A stretch of DNA of 64,000 nucleotides, taken from contig JAFZIL010000065.1 in assembly GCA_017554385.1 (NCBI GenBank), forward strand, positions 30,162 through 94,161, written 5' to 3'. Origin of the DNA: Prevotella sp. Its GTDB lineage: Bacteria > Bacteroidota > Bacteroidia > Bacteroidales > Bacteroidaceae. Each line of letters starts with the position of its first letter. Position 1 is the first letter of the stretch. Position numbers and translations under genes: made by a program. Below the pieces are notes generated by a model, which worked only from the letters and a program-made list of their open reading frames with translations, had not been told where the DNA came from and did no database searches. Below, in pieces: positions 9,065 through 19,891 of this stretch.

Positions 9065-11299
9065 TCAGCGCCTGACGAGCTGAGAGCCGGTAACCGACTC
9101 GTCGCCATCGATTTGTACGACGTAGATACCTTCAGGCAATAAGGGAAGGAGCAAGTCGTGGGTGGCGATGCCGGCAGGAAGACGCTGGGCATGCAATTGT
9201 ATGCCCGACAGGTTGAAAAGCTTCAGCGTGGCCCTATGCTGCAAGGGCGCTCCGAAGCCCACACGCAGCAGCTGACGGTCGACAAAGCTGATGCTGGCAC
9301 GCGTAGGACGCGACGAGATGCTCTTGATGCCACTCATCCCAAGCACGTCGAGCAAGCCGGCATAGACATCGATTTCACCATACCCCCACTCATTGTTCGG
9401 ATAGCTGAGCTCAGGGTCGTTATGTCGGCTCGTCCGGCTGATGACGCCAAGCACGTCCTGTGGTGTGAGCCTCGGATTGGCCTGTAGCCACAAGGCGATG
9501 GCACCGCCCACGGCAGGCGTCGACATCGACGTGCCGCTGTTAGAATTCCAGACATAGGTGCGTCCGTTGAAGTCGAAGTGGGCCACATCCCAGGTGATGT
9601 CGCCAGCCTTGGGATGGTTCTCGAGATAATAGCTGCTGTAGGCAGAGATGATGTTGGCACCGGGAGCCATCACGTCGGGCTTGATGCGTCCGTCGTAGGT
9701 AGGTCCTACCGACGATGCCGTTACCCGCATGCCTCCGCTGCCCGGCTCCGATTCCTTCCACTTGCCCAAATAGTTGGTGATGCCCCTGCGGTAGATGGTT
9801 GCTCCAACACAGATGACCGAGGGCGAGCTGGACGGCGAATGGATGTTGCGTACGCATTCGCCCGCATTCAACTGCGCATTCAGCGAGTTCTCGGTAAAGA
9901 TACCGTTTACGCGGAATGCCTCTACATCGGCATCATCACCCAGGATTTCTACCGAGAGCGGTGGCTTCATGCCAACGCCCTTGGTGGTCAGCAGGGTGAC
10001 GTCGTAGCAGATTTCTGATGGTTCATAGCACGAGGGATAGGCCATGAGCTCTACAGCCAGTTTGTATCCGTCGCATTCGGTAACGACGGTCAACACGGAG
10101 TCTTCCTGCTGCAACACCTGCCGTGTAGAGATCATCAGCGTATCGTTCGGGTTGGAGTAGCTGACAAAGCGCAGGTCGAAGTCATCGGCCGACTTCAGCG
10201 TAAAATACATGCTCGTGGATGACGAGTAGAGGAAAGTGCCCATAGAGGGCATGCCCTTGGGCTTTTGGAACCAGGACTTCACCCTTCCCTGATTGCCTGC
10301 CGAGGCCACGATGATATGTCCAGGCCCCAACAGGCTGTCGAGCATCTCGTAGTAGAGCTGGTCGTAGCCCCAGAAATCCTCGCCGCTGCCCTCGCTGAAC
10401 GAGATGACGCAGGGCTTGCCCACACTGTCGGCATAGTCGAAGATGTACTTGAAGCCAAGGGCGTCGGTAGCGAAGGTGTATTTGTAGACATCGGCTGAGT
10501 CGATATACGCCAGGTCTTCGCCGACGGCATTGGCCACGATGCAGATGTCGCTCTCAGGCGCAATGCCCCGGTAGTCGGTATCGTAGCCGCTGCCCGCTGC
10601 GGTGCCTAACGTGTGGGTGCCGTGGGTTTGGTCCAGTCCGTCACGGGCATGTCCTACGGCCAGCAGTTCGCTCTTCGTGGTGTAGTCGCGCCCTACGGGA
10701 AAGGGACTGCCGATGGTGTCCTGCGACAGCTGGTCCCAGAACGCCTTGATGCGGTACTCTGTGGTGTCGCGACTGTAGAACGTGGGGTGGGTCAGGTCGA
10801 AGCCAATGTCCATCACCCCCATCACCACGCCACGCCCCGTGAAGCATCCCGGGAGGTCGAGCCCCTCATGGGCGGGTGCGGCATTGATCTGAAAGACCAC
10901 GGAGTCCATCAGCGCCTTTCCCGAGGGACGCGCCTCGATGCGGCTGACGGTCTTCTCGAGCGACAGGCTGGCAAGCTGTTCCAACGGAATCATGGCCACA
11001 TAGAGCGAACCGTAACGACAAAGCGGGCGACAACGGTGACGGGCAAAGACGGCATCGGCATCGGCTGTGACACGAATGAAGGCACACACCTCAGGGTAGC
11101 TGTTCCGCTTACCGTCAGATGCCGACGGGGTGGCAGTTACAGCGGCACGCCCTGCTTCTGCCTGCTGATGCAGACGGTCGACAACCAGGTGGCGCAGCAT
11201 GGGCGACAGTTTTTCGTAGTGTGGACGCTGGGCGGCCACAGGTATGGCCAAACCTATATATAATAAGGTGGGCAGCAGCAGTCTTAGGATCTTGTTCAT
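9065..11299 (-). CDS. Subtilisin-like S8 serine peptidase with signal peptide and T9SS-like C-terminal domain
   Basis: Catalytic motifs DIG, HGTH, SAGN, KPDVMAPG, SGTSMSTP. Confidence 0.9.
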   Translation of the reverse strand: MNKILRLLLPTLLYIGLAIPVAAQRPHYEKLSPMLRHLVVDRLHQQAEAGRAAVTATPSASDGKRNSYPEVCAFIRVTADADAVFARHRCRPLCRYGSLYVAMIPLEQLASLSLEKTVSRIEARPSGKALMDSVVFQINAAPAHEGLDLPGCFTGRGVVMGVMDIGFDLTHPTFYSRDTTEYRIKAFWDQLSQDTIGSPFPVGRDYTTKSELLAVGHARDGLDQTHGTHTLGTAAGSGYDTDYRGIAPESDICIVANAVGEDLAYIDSADVYKYTFATDALGFKYIFDYADSVGKPCVISFSEGSGEDFWGYDQLYYEMLDSLLGPGHIIVASAGNQGRVKSWFQKPKGMPSMGTFLYSSSTSMYFTLKSADDFDLRFVSYSNPNDTLMISTRQVLQQEDSVLTVVTECDGYKLAVELMAYPSCYEPSEICYDVTLLTTKGVGMKPPLSVEILGDDADVEAFRVNGIFTENSLNAQLNAGECVRNIHSPSSSPSVICVGATIYRRGITNYLGKWKESEPGSGGMRVTASSVGPTYDGRIKPDVMAPGANIISAYSSYYLENHPKAGDITWDVAHFDFNGRTYVWNSNSGTSMSTPAVGGAIALWLQANPRLTPQDVLGVISRTSRHNDPELSYPNNEWGYGEIDVYAGLLDVLGMSGIKSISSRPTRASISFVDRQLLRVGFGAPLQHRATLKLFNLSGIQLHAQRLPAGIATHDLLLPLLPEGIYVVQIDGDESVTGSQLVRR

Positions 11300-11313
11300 C
11301 TTCGTTGCTTTTT

Positions 11314-12216
11314 TCAGTAGGTTACGTAGGGACGCAGTCGTCCTATCTTCTCGGCAGTAAAGTCGGGCAACAGCCGTAGCTGGTCCAAGTTATCAATGTG
11401 TCCGTGCTTCCTGCGGTAGTCGACGATGGCACGGGCCTGAGAGTAGCTGATATAGGGGTGGCGCCGCAGTTCTTCCTGCGAGAGTTCGTTGATATTGAGT
11501 CTCCGGATGCTGGCATTGGACAGCGTGAAGTAACCAAGTGCATCCACGGGAAAGTCCTCGATTTCCTGCAACTGTGCGGTGTTGACATAGCCGCCCAGAC
11601 ACTCACCATACTCCTTGATGCGACGGGCAAAATAGCTGCCTATGCCGGGCACACGGCGCAGCAGGGTGGTGTCGGCCATACTCAGGTCGATGGTCTCGCC
11701 CTGCTTCAGCTTCACCGGATAGCGCAACGTACGTGCCGAATCCTCGGCATCGGTCTGTCGGGCAGGCTTCTCAAACAGCTCGGAGGCGGGTCGGTAGTCG
11801 GACGAGATGTGGATATAGGGTTCCAGCTCCCGGTACTGCTTGGCCGTAAGACCATAGAGACGGGCAAAGTCTTCCTTCTTCCGGTAGATGCCTCCAGCCG
11901 CCCGGTACTTGTAGATGTTGCGTACCTGCCACGGCTGCAAGCCTAAGCGAAGGAGTTGGGTGCTGTCGGCTGTGTTGGGATCGAAAGCGAAACGCTCGGC
12001 CTTCTTTTCCTCTTCCTTGTAATACTGCGTCCTCACCGCTCTTTGGGCTGTAGGCCGACGGTCAAAGACTGTCGTGTCGGCATTGGCCTGCTCTGAAGAC
12101 ATGGGGGAAGAGTCGACCAGAAAGGCTACCACCAAGGCTACGGCAGCTACCGACAGCAACAGCAGCAACACTTTGCGGTCGGACTTTTGCATGAAGAAGA
12201 ACTCCTTAAGGATCAT
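11314..12216 (-). CDS. ComEA-like helix-hairpin-helix DNA-binding protein
   Basis: N-terminal TM segment, FDPNTAD, LRRVPGIG and LNIN HhH repeats; ATGA overlap with upstream gene. Confidence 0.85.
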   Translation of the reverse strand: MILKEFFFMQKSDRKVLLLLLSVAAVALVVAFLVDSSPMSSEQANADTTVFDRRPTAQRAVRTQYYKEEEKKAERFAFDPNTADSTQLLRLGLQPWQVRNIYKYRAAGGIYRKKEDFARLYGLTAKQYRELEPYIHISSDYRPASELFEKPARQTDAEDSARTLRYPVKLKQGETIDLSMADTTLLRRVPGIGSYFARRIKEYGECLGGYVNTAQLQEIEDFPVDALGYFTLSNASIRRLNINELSQEELRRHPYISYSQARAIVDYRRKHGHIDNLDQLRLLPDFTAEKIGRLRPYVTY

Positions 12217-13574
12217 ATCACGCCAAACTGATGAAGGAAGATCAACAGGATGCACAGGGGCACCACATAGCGTACGGAGAACTGATAGACGGGGAACAGG
12301 CTCTGATAGACCGTTCCGTGGTTGGTGAACTCGTTGCGTACGGTCTGCTGATTGACAAACCAGCCAATAAACAGGCTTGTGAGGAAGGCACCCATAGGCA
12401 GCATGATCTGTGCCGTGATGAAGTCGCAGAAGTCGAGCAGCGACATGCCAAAGAGGGTCAGCCCGTCGACAGCCCCCATCGACAGCGAGCAGAAGACGGC
12501 AATCAGCGAACAGACCACGGTGAGGATCCATGCGGCTTTCTTCCTGCCTAAGTTCAGCTCCTCAGTAAAGAAAGCGGTGCCTATCTCATGCATCGAGATG
12601 GTCGAGGTGAGCGCAGCGAACACCAGCAGCGCATAGAACATGATGCCGATGACATAGCCTAAGGTGGGAACTGCTGCAAAGGCCTGCTGGAAAACGTTAG
12701 GCAAGGTGATGAAGATGAGCGAGGGACCGCTGTCGGGCTGCACACCCACCGAGAAGGCTGCGGGGAAAATCATCAGGCCTGCAAGGATGGCTATCAGCGT
12801 GTCGAGCAGGGCTATCTCGCCTGCCGACCGCAACAAGTGGGTGTCCTTTGCAAAATAGCTGGCGTAGGTACACAGGCAACAGGTGCCTAACGAGAGCGAG
12901 AAGAAAGCCTGCCCCAGCGCTTCGAGCATCACCGACTGGCTCACCTTCGAGAAGTCGGGCATCAGCAGGAACCTGATGCCGGCACCGCCACCGGGAAGCA
13001 TGCACGAGGCGACGACAATGGCCAGCAGCAACAAGAAAAGCAACGGCATCAGCAACTTGGAGGCACGTTCAATGCCCGCCTGTACACCGCGTATAATGAC
13101 AAAATGGGTAATCAGGATAAAGCCCACCGCCCAGAGACAGGGCTTCCAGGGATGAGTGGAAAAGGACTGGAAATAGCCGAGCACATAGCTGGCATCACCG
13201 TTCAGGCTGCCTGCAACCGAGGCAAACAGGTATTGCAGACACCAGCCGGCCACCACAGCATAGAAACCGAGGATGATGGTCGAGGTAAGGATGCCCAGAT
13301 GACCCACGAGCTTCCACAGCCTCCTGCCCGAGATATGGCCATAGGCACGGGCTGCGTTGGCCTGTGAGTGACGGCCTATGATAAACTCGCTGACCATTCC
13401 CGGAATGCCGAGCAGCAGGATACAGGCAAAATACAGAATGATAAAAGCAGCACCACCGTTCTGACCTGTCATGAACGGAAATCGCCACACATTGCCCAGC
13501 CCTACTGCCGATCCTGCCGTTGCCAGGATGATGCCCAACTTGGTTCCAAAACTACCACGCTCCGACTGCTTCAT
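12213..13574 (-). CDS. Sodium-dependent transporter (NSS/SNF family)
   Basis: AGSAVGLGNVWRFP and QAFFSLSLG motifs. Confidence 0.92.
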   Translation of the reverse strand: MKQSERGSFGTKLGIILATAGSAVGLGNVWRFPFMTGQNGGAAFIILYFACILLLGIPGMVSEFIIGRHSQANAARAYGHISGRRLWKLVGHLGILTSTIILGFYAVVAGWCLQYLFASVAGSLNGDASYVLGYFQSFSTHPWKPCLWAVGFILITHFVIIRGVQAGIERASKLLMPLLFLLLLAIVVASCMLPGGGAGIRFLLMPDFSKVSQSVMLEALGQAFFSLSLGTCCLCTYASYFAKDTHLLRSAGEIALLDTLIAILAGLMIFPAAFSVGVQPDSGPSLIFITLPNVFQQAFAAVPTLGYVIGIMFYALLVFAALTSTISMHEIGTAFFTEELNLGRKKAAWILTVVCSLIAVFCSLSMGAVDGLTLFGMSLLDFCDFITAQIMLPMGAFLTSLFIGWFVNQQTVRNEFTNHGTVYQSLFPVYQFSVRYVVPLCILLIFLHQFGVI

Positions 13575-13613
13575 TATTATAGAATCTTGACTGCAACATG
13601 ATGGTTGAACATA

Positions 13614-13657
13614 AAAAAGAACTGGGCAACGTCCTCAGTTCGAGATTGTTACCCAGT
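13614..13657 (-). terminator. Intrinsic terminator after tRNA-Met
   Basis: ACTGGGCAAC...GTTACCCAGT stem followed by a T-run on the - strand. Confidence 0.6.
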
Positions 13658-13662
13658 CAATG

Positions 13663-13735
13663 TTGCGGAGGCAGGATTCGAACGTGCGACCTCCAGGTTA
13701 TGAGCCTGGCGAGCTACCAACTGCTCCACTCCGCG
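13663..13735 (-). tRNA. tRNA-Met(CAU), initiator type
   Basis: Reverse complement CGCGGAGTGGAGCAGTTGGTAGCTCGCCAGGCT-CAT-AACCTGGAGGTCGCACGTTCGAATCCTGCCTCCGCAA; C1:A72 mismatch. Confidence 0.93.
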
Positions 13736-13946
13736 ATGTTATCAAAAACGGCTTTAACCGATTTGCGGGTGCAAAGGTACTGCTTTTTGGTGAAATATGC
13801 AAGTTTTTATCCCACTTTTTTCTTTTTTTCCATCTTTTTCGGCATTTTGCTTGGTCAAATCAAATAAAAAGCCTAATTTTGCACACGTGTATTGCAGTGT
13901 GCAATATTCAGGTCAGGATTATCAAGAAGAGAGAGATATAGAACGC

Positions 13947-14543
13947 ATGTCAATATCTAAGACACGACAATTACTGGTCGACGTGGCCCGCCAGCTGTTC
14001 GCCAAGAACGGCTTGGAAAACACCACCATGAACGACATTGCCCAGGCGTCGGGCAAGGGTCGGCGCACGCTTTATACCTATTTCAAGTCGAAGGATGACA
14101 TCTACTACGCCGTCATCGAGACCGAGCTCGAGCGTCTCTCTGACCAGCTCGACGAGGTGGCTGCCCGCAAGATCAGTCCCCACGAGAAGGTCATTGAGCT
14201 CATCTACACCCACCTGAACATGATTCGCGAGACGGTGGTGCGCAACGGCAACCTGCGTGCCGAGTTCTTCCGCAACATCTGGATGGTAGAGAAGGTACGC
14301 AAGCACTTCGACTTGGCCGAGGTGGAACTCTTCCGCAAGGTCTTTGCCGAGGGCAAGGAGGAGGGCGAGTTCGACATTGACAACGTGAACCTTGTTGCCG
14401 ATATCACCCACTACTGCATCAAGGGTCTCGAGGTGCCCTACATCTACGGTCGCATAGCCCGCGGTCTAAAGGAGGAGGACACCAAGCCGCAGGTGGCCAA
14501 GTTCGTCTATGGTGCACTGGGCAAGCATGGAATCAAACAGTAA
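13947..14543 (+). CDS. TetR/AcrR family transcriptional regulator
   Basis: N-terminal HTH ARQLFAKNG..TTMNDIA..GRRTLYTYFKSKDD. Confidence 0.92.
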   Translation: MSISKTRQLLVDVARQLFAKNGLENTTMNDIAQASGKGRRTLYTYFKSKDDIYYAVIETELERLSDQLDEVAARKISPHEKVIELIYTHLNMIRETVVRNGNLRAEFFRNIWMVEKVRKHFDLAEVELFRKVFAEGKEEGEFDIDNVNLVADITHYCIKGLEVPYIYGRIARGLKEEDTKPQVAKFVYGALGKHGIKQ

Positions 14544-14565
14544 CATTTATACAAACAAAAGAATT

Positions 14566-15303
14566 ATGGGATTATTAGAAGGTAAGACGGCGCTCATCAC
14601 GGGTGCCGCACGTGGAATCGGAAAAGCCATCGCATTGAAGTTCGCCGCTGAAGGTGCCAACGTGGCTTTCACCGACCTTGCCGTAAACGAAGAGACTGAA
14701 CAGGAGATTGCCGCACTGGGCGTGAAAGCGAAGAGCTACGCCTCGAACGCTGCCGACTTCGCACAGACGGAGGAAGTGGTGAAGCAGGTAAAGGAAGAGT
14801 TCGGAAGCATTGACATCCTCGTCAACAACGCCGGCATCACCAAGGACGGCCTGATGCTGCGCATGACCGAGCAGCAGTGGGACGCCGTGATTGCCGTGAA
14901 CCTGAAGTCGGCATTCAACTTCATCCATGCCTGCGTGCCCGTGATGATGCGCCAGCGTGGCGGCAGCATCATCAACATGGCCTCTGTGGTAGGCGTGCAC
15001 GGCAATGCCGGACAGGCCAACTACGCTGCATCGAAGGCAGGACTCATAGCACTCGCCAAGTCCATCGGACAGGAAATGGGACCGAAGGGCATCCGCGCCA
15101 ACGCTATCGCCCCGGGCTTCATCGACACCGCCATGACCCAGGCACTCTCCGAGGAAGTGCGCAAGGAGTGGTGCCAGAAGATTCCCCTTCGCCGCGGAGG
15201 CACCGTCGACGATATTGCCAACTGTGCCGTGTTCCTCGCCTCCGACATGTCGAGCTACATCAGCGGACAGGTCATCCAGGTCGACGGCGGCATGAACATG
15301 TAA
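14566..15303 (+). CDS. fabG: 3-oxoacyl-ACP reductase
   Basis: TGAARGIG, NNAGITKD and YAASK SDR motifs. Confidence 0.93.
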   Translation: MGLLEGKTALITGAARGIGKAIALKFAAEGANVAFTDLAVNEETEQEIAALGVKAKSYASNAADFAQTEEVVKQVKEEFGSIDILVNNAGITKDGLMLRMTEQQWDAVIAVNLKSAFNFIHACVPVMMRQRGGSIINMASVVGVHGNAGQANYAASKAGLIALAKSIGQEMGPKGIRANAIAPGFIDTAMTQALSEEVRKEWCQKIPLRRGGTVDDIANCAVFLASDMSSYISGQVIQVDGGMNM

Positions 15304-15320
15304 GAAACTTATCCACCCAA

Positions 15321-15358
15321 AAAGCACCCGGCTATACTCGCGTACAGTCGGGTGCTTG
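15321..15358 (+). terminator. Hairpin after fabG
   Basis: AAGCACCCGGCT...AGTCGGGTGCTT. Confidence 0.55.
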
Positions 15359-15561
15359 CAGTTTCTCCCTATCCATAGTCCCTCTCTCCTGTCCATATTG
15401 TTGGACTTGTCCGCTAATTCAGTACACTACTGCTAATAAATAAAAAAGGTGTCCCCCTGTAAATACCGAATCACTACAATTTGAGAGTAATAATTTGGTT
15501 TCCTTCCATTTTATTTTGTATCTTTGCAGCCGGAACATGCAATTAACACGGTAATAGGACT

Positions 15562-18500
15562 ATGAGGAAAGTCGTAGCTTTAGCATTCATGTTATGGGGC
15601 ATTAGCCTTACTCTGATGTCGCAAAACGGACTGTTTTTCTCAGGGGACAAGCTCTCCAGCACTATCGTCACGAGTATCTGTCAGGACAAAGTGGGGTATG
15701 TATGGGTAGGAACGGAGTATGGATTGAACCGTTTTGACGGTTATACCTTCACAGTATACAAGAACAATCCTCAGGACACGACGTCGCTGATGTTTAACAT
15801 GGTGAACAAAGTGTTCTGCGACAAAGATGGCAACCTTTGGATAGGCACGAACATCGGTCTGCAACGCTACGACTATCAGTCAGACCGTTTCCTGACGTAT
15901 CACTATCCGACGAAGAAGCGTGGTCGTGTGAGTGATATCTGCCAGATGCCTGACGGCAGTATCATGGTGGCGACATCAGGTGCCGGACTGTACCGTGTGG
16001 CCAGCGGGTCAAACACTCTAAGTGCTGCCAAGGACTTTCAGATTGACGGCAATGACATTTTCTTCAACCACGTCTATGTAGATTCCGACGGTGCCTTCTG
16101 GAGCAGTGGCATCGATGGCTTTAGCATAAAACGACCAGGACAGCGCCCTCAGTCGTTTACTTCGTTGGCAGCGCTCGGCAAATGGGACGCTTCGCTTATC
16201 GAAGAACCTCCCACATCGTTTGTAGACATAGGTGGAAAAATACTGATGCTGACACGCAATGCGCTAATAGTCTACGACAACGGTCATATTCAGACCGACT
16301 ACTTCGACCTGTCGGAAATAACGGTTCCCAACCTGCATTTCCTGACCGTTATGCGCGACCATCAGGGCAATGTTTTTATTGGCACCCGTGGCAATGGTCT
16401 GCTGTGGATACCGCGTGGATCGCACAAAGTGCAGCGCTATGTAGCCTATGTGCCAGGCATCAACATGTCGACGACCAACATTCGCACCATCATGGAAGAC
16501 CGGCAGGGCAACATCTGGATTGACTGTCGCAGGAGAGGACTGCTGATGATTCCCAGCCACAAGCCGCAATTCACGACGTGGAGCTTTTCTAATCAGAAAA
16601 AAGACATCGGCAACTACGTCTCCTCGGTGTGCAAGGGTGATGGCGGCATGATCTGGTGCACCGTACAGAACGAGGGGGTGTTTGGTTTCAATGCCGAAGG
16701 CCGTCTGGTATCCAATCCCCTATCGCCCAAGGATGTAGAATTCATAGGCCGTGATCATCAGAACAAATACTATCTTGGCACGGGAAGCCATGTCTACGAG
16801 TACGACCCGTTGACCGGCCGGTCGCGCCAAATCATCGAGTTTGTTTCAGACAAGCTCAACATGATGGCCGACGACAAACACGGACACCTTTTCTTCATCG
16901 CATTTGGTAAGGGCGTGCTGCGCTACGACCAGAAGACGGAGAAGACGCAATTGTTTACACAGACAAACGACTCTACTCCCGAGGCTGGCCGTATGTGGAA
17001 CGACTGGGTGATGGAAATGATTGCTGATCGTAACGGCCGAATATGGATGGCAACAACCAACGGCGTGTGTTGCTACGACGATGCCACCCACAGCTTTAAG
17101 CCCTTCGGATGGAATGTGCTGCTGGACGGCACTCGCTGCGAGTCCCTGTGCGAAACGAAACAGGGCGACATGCTCATTGGCACGATGGAGGGTATCTATG
17201 CATGGAAAAGAAGTACGGGAGCCTTGGAATTGCTCCCCAATTCACAACCATTGAAAGGAATTAACATCGCCCATATTGTTCAGGATCAAGACGGCGACAT
17301 CTGGTGTTCAACGTCAAATGGCATCTGGCACTACCGGGTGTCTGACCAGAAATGGATTAGCCATATCAGCGGTTCCGGGCTGACTGCAAAAGAATACGTA
17401 GCCCAGGCCGGACTCTACACCGCCGAGGACAACACTATCTATTTCCCTACCAGCGACGGTATCACCACCTTCACGCCACAGCAGGTACGCGACGTAGCCA
17501 CGGAGCTGGGCGAAATAAAACTCACCAACATGTCATGGGGCGGTCAGCAAGTAAGCACCTTTGCCGAGGACGACCATTTCACGTTGCCATATACTGATCA
17601 TGTCATCTCGCTGCAGTTCTCGCTGATGAACTTCCTCGACGCTGCCAATACCGTGTTTGAATATCGTATGGACAGCAATGGCGAGTGGATGCGCAACAGC
17701 GAGGGACAGAATACGGTCAGCTTCACCCGTCTGCCCAGTGGTGAATATCATTTAGAGGTTCGTGCCATTGTCGGTGGCATCGTCTCGCCGTCGCGCACGT
17801 TTGTTCTCACCATTGCAGCACCCTGGTATCGCAGCCCTATAGCCTACATGATTTACATCTTAGGGCTCATAGGACTAACAGGACTTTTAGGAACATTGTG
17901 GCGACGTCATTTACGTCAGCAACTGGACGAGGAAAAGATGAAGTTCCTTATCAATGCCACCCACGACATCCGCTCGCCGCTAACCCTTATCCTGTCGCCC
18001 ATTGACAAATTGAAAAATGAGAAAATTGAAGAATTGAAGTCGATAGAAGAACTTCATTCCTTCAACTCTTCCATTCTTCAACCTTCAATAAAAGTGATTG
18101 ACAGCAACGCCCACCGCATCATGGACCTGGTCAACCAAATTCTCGACATCCGCAAGATCGACAAGCAGCAGATGCGCCTACAATGCCGTGAGACCAACAT
18201 GGTGGATTTTGTAACCGACATCTGCAGTTTCTTCGAGTTCAATGCCCAAGAACGCAACATCACTTTCACGTTCAATGGTCATAACATTGAGAGCCTTAGG
18301 ACTCGTCCTGATGGCCAAGACGCGACAGACAAAGCCTTGCCCACACCCGTAACTGCATGGATAGACCGAACACAGTTTGACAAGGTAGTGTCGAACCTAC
18401 TCTCCAACGCCTTCAAATACAGTTTCGACCAAGGAAACATCGATGTTTCGATAACCACTGGCTATGACGACAAGGCACGCGAACCACTGAAGGACTATGT

Positions 18501-19605
18501 AGAGCTGACAGTTACCGACAACGGATCAGGCATGCGCGACGACACCCTGAAACATCTTTTTGACCGATTCTATCAAGGCAAAAGCGCCAAGTCATCGCAT
18601 GTTGAGGGCACAGGTATCGGCCTGAACCTCTGCAAGATGATTGTCGAAATGCACCACGGCACTATCCATGCACGTAACCGGGCAGATGGTCATCAGGGGA
18701 GCGTCTTTACCGTGCGCATACCACAAGGTTGTGCCCATCTCTCAAAAGAAGAGATTGACAACAATGCCGAAACGTCAGGTGCCATCAAACTCAGCAATCC
18801 GAAAAAGACAAACTCCAACCAGCGCCTGTTATTGGTCGACGACGATGAAGAACTCGCACGCTACATCGGTCAGGAACTGTCGCCCTACTATCACATCACG
18901 ATCTGTTGCAATGGCAAGGACGCACTGAAAGAGCTTCTATCCAAACAGACAGAGGACAAAGGCGAGCAAGCATATAACATCGTCATCAGCGACGTCATGA
19001 TGCCCGAGATGGACGGATTCACACTGCTCCGGCTCATCAAGACCAACACCAACATTAGCCACATCCCTGTCATCATGCTCACATCGAAGACCGACGTGGG
19101 CAACAGGTTGGAGGGACTCGAAAAAGGTGCCGATGCCTATCTCACAAAACCCTTCAATCTCACAGAGCTACATCTCACCATCGACAACCTCATAGCCAAG
19201 TATTTGCTTTTGAAGGGCAAGTACTCAGGGGCACAACATCCTAAACAATACATTGAGGATATCGAGGTGAAAAGCAATGATGAGATGCTATTAGAACGTA
19301 TTATGAAGTGTATCAACGACCATTTTAGCGACGAAACGCTCGATTCCAACCTCATTTGCAAGGAAGCCTGCATCAGCCGCTCACATCTTCATCGGAAGAT
19401 GAAAGAACTAACGGGACTGCCTATCAGCGACTTTATTCAGAATCTACGGTTAGAGCAGGCAGCACGACTGCTTGTAGAGCAAAAGCAAAACATCACACAG
19501 GTGGCCTATTCAGTGGGATACTCATATACCAGCACATTCTCCACCGCATTCAAGAAGCATTTCGGAGTATCGCCAACAGAATACATCAAGCAACACCAAC
19601 AATAG
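15562..19605 (+). CDS. Hybrid two-component system sensor kinase/response regulator (AraC)
   Basis: Beta-propeller repeats, Y_Y_Y domain, TM, HisKA (THDIRSPL), HATPase (GTGIGL), receiver (SDVMMP) and AraC HTH. Confidence 0.95.
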   Translation: MRKVVALAFMLWGISLTLMSQNGLFFSGDKLSSTIVTSICQDKVGYVWVGTEYGLNRFDGYTFTVYKNNPQDTTSLMFNMVNKVFCDKDGNLWIGTNIGLQRYDYQSDRFLTYHYPTKKRGRVSDICQMPDGSIMVATSGAGLYRVASGSNTLSAAKDFQIDGNDIFFNHVYVDSDGAFWSSGIDGFSIKRPGQRPQSFTSLAALGKWDASLIEEPPTSFVDIGGKILMLTRNALIVYDNGHIQTDYFDLSEITVPNLHFLTVMRDHQGNVFIGTRGNGLLWIPRGSHKVQRYVAYVPGINMSTTNIRTIMEDRQGNIWIDCRRRGLLMIPSHKPQFTTWSFSNQKKDIGNYVSSVCKGDGGMIWCTVQNEGVFGFNAEGRLVSNPLSPKDVEFIGRDHQNKYYLGTGSHVYEYDPLTGRSRQIIEFVSDKLNMMADDKHGHLFFIAFGKGVLRYDQKTEKTQLFTQTNDSTPEAGRMWNDWVMEMIADRNGRIWMATTNGVCCYDDATHSFKPFGWNVLLDGTRCESLCETKQGDMLIGTMEGIYAWKRSTGALELLPNSQPLKGINIAHIVQDQDGDIWCSTSNGIWHYRVSDQKWISHISGSGLTAKEYVAQAGLYTAEDNTIYFPTSDGITTFTPQQVRDVATELGEIKLTNMSWGGQQVSTFAEDDHFTLPYTDHVISLQFSLMNFLDAANTVFEYRMDSNGEWMRNSEGQNTVSFTRLPSGEYHLEVRAIVGGIVSPSRTFVLTIAAPWYRSPIAYMIYILGLIGLTGLLGTLWRRHLRQQLDEEKMKFLINATHDIRSPLTLILSPIDKLKNEKIEELKSIEELHSFNSSILQPSIKVIDSNAHRIMDLVNQILDIRKIDKQQMRLQCRETNMVDFVTDICSFFEFNAQERNITFTFNGHNIESLRTRPDGQDATDKALPTPVTAWIDRTQFDKVVSNLLSNAFKYSFDQGNIDVSITTGYDDKAREPLKDYVELTVTDNGSGMRDDTLKHLFDRFYQGKSAKSSHVEGTGIGLNLCKMIVEMHHGTIHARNRADGHQGSVFTVRIPQGCAHLSKEEIDNNAETSGAIKLSNPKKTNSNQRLLLVDDDEELARYIGQELSPYYHITICCNGKDALKELLSKQTEDKGEQAYNIVISDVMMPEMDGFTLLRLIKTNTNISHIPVIMLTSKTDVGNRLEGLEKGADAYLTKPFNLTELHLTIDNLIAKYLLLKGKYSGAQHPKQYIEDIEVKSNDEMLLERIMKCINDHFSDETLDSNLICKEACISRSHLHRKMKELTGLPISDFIQNLRLEQAARLLVEQKQNITQVAYSVGYSYTSTFSTAFKKHFGVSPTEYIKQHQQ

Positions 19606-19630
19606 TCGCTCCACATACACATGCCTAGAT

Positions 19631-19668
19631 CAGCGGACCCGCAAAAATGCAGGTCCGCTTTTTTATTT
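19631..19668 (+). terminator. Intrinsic terminator
   Basis: AGCGGACC...GGTCCGCT followed by TTTTT. Confidence 0.75.
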
Positions 19669-19891
19669 GCCTGTCTTGTTTTCGGCTTGTTTTGTCTCAT
19701 TCATCCCGAAAAAAAGACTATGGGACATATTAAGAAAAGAACATGTTCGTAAAACCGTAATTTTGCAAAAGCATTTCGAGAAAGACAGACAATATTGGGG
19801 ACTATCGCGCGTTCCATACAATATAAAGGGTATGGAATATCGCCATGGAAAAGTAGTCTATATCAACATGAAATAAAAACAACTCTACCTG

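Noticed and set aside
12217-12531. N-terminal extensions in the ORF track (HhH protein, fkp, tetR, fabG, GH30, GH97, BspA, PL11)
   Set aside because: They overlap neighbouring genes or promoters; downstream ATGs give signal peptides or family-typical starts
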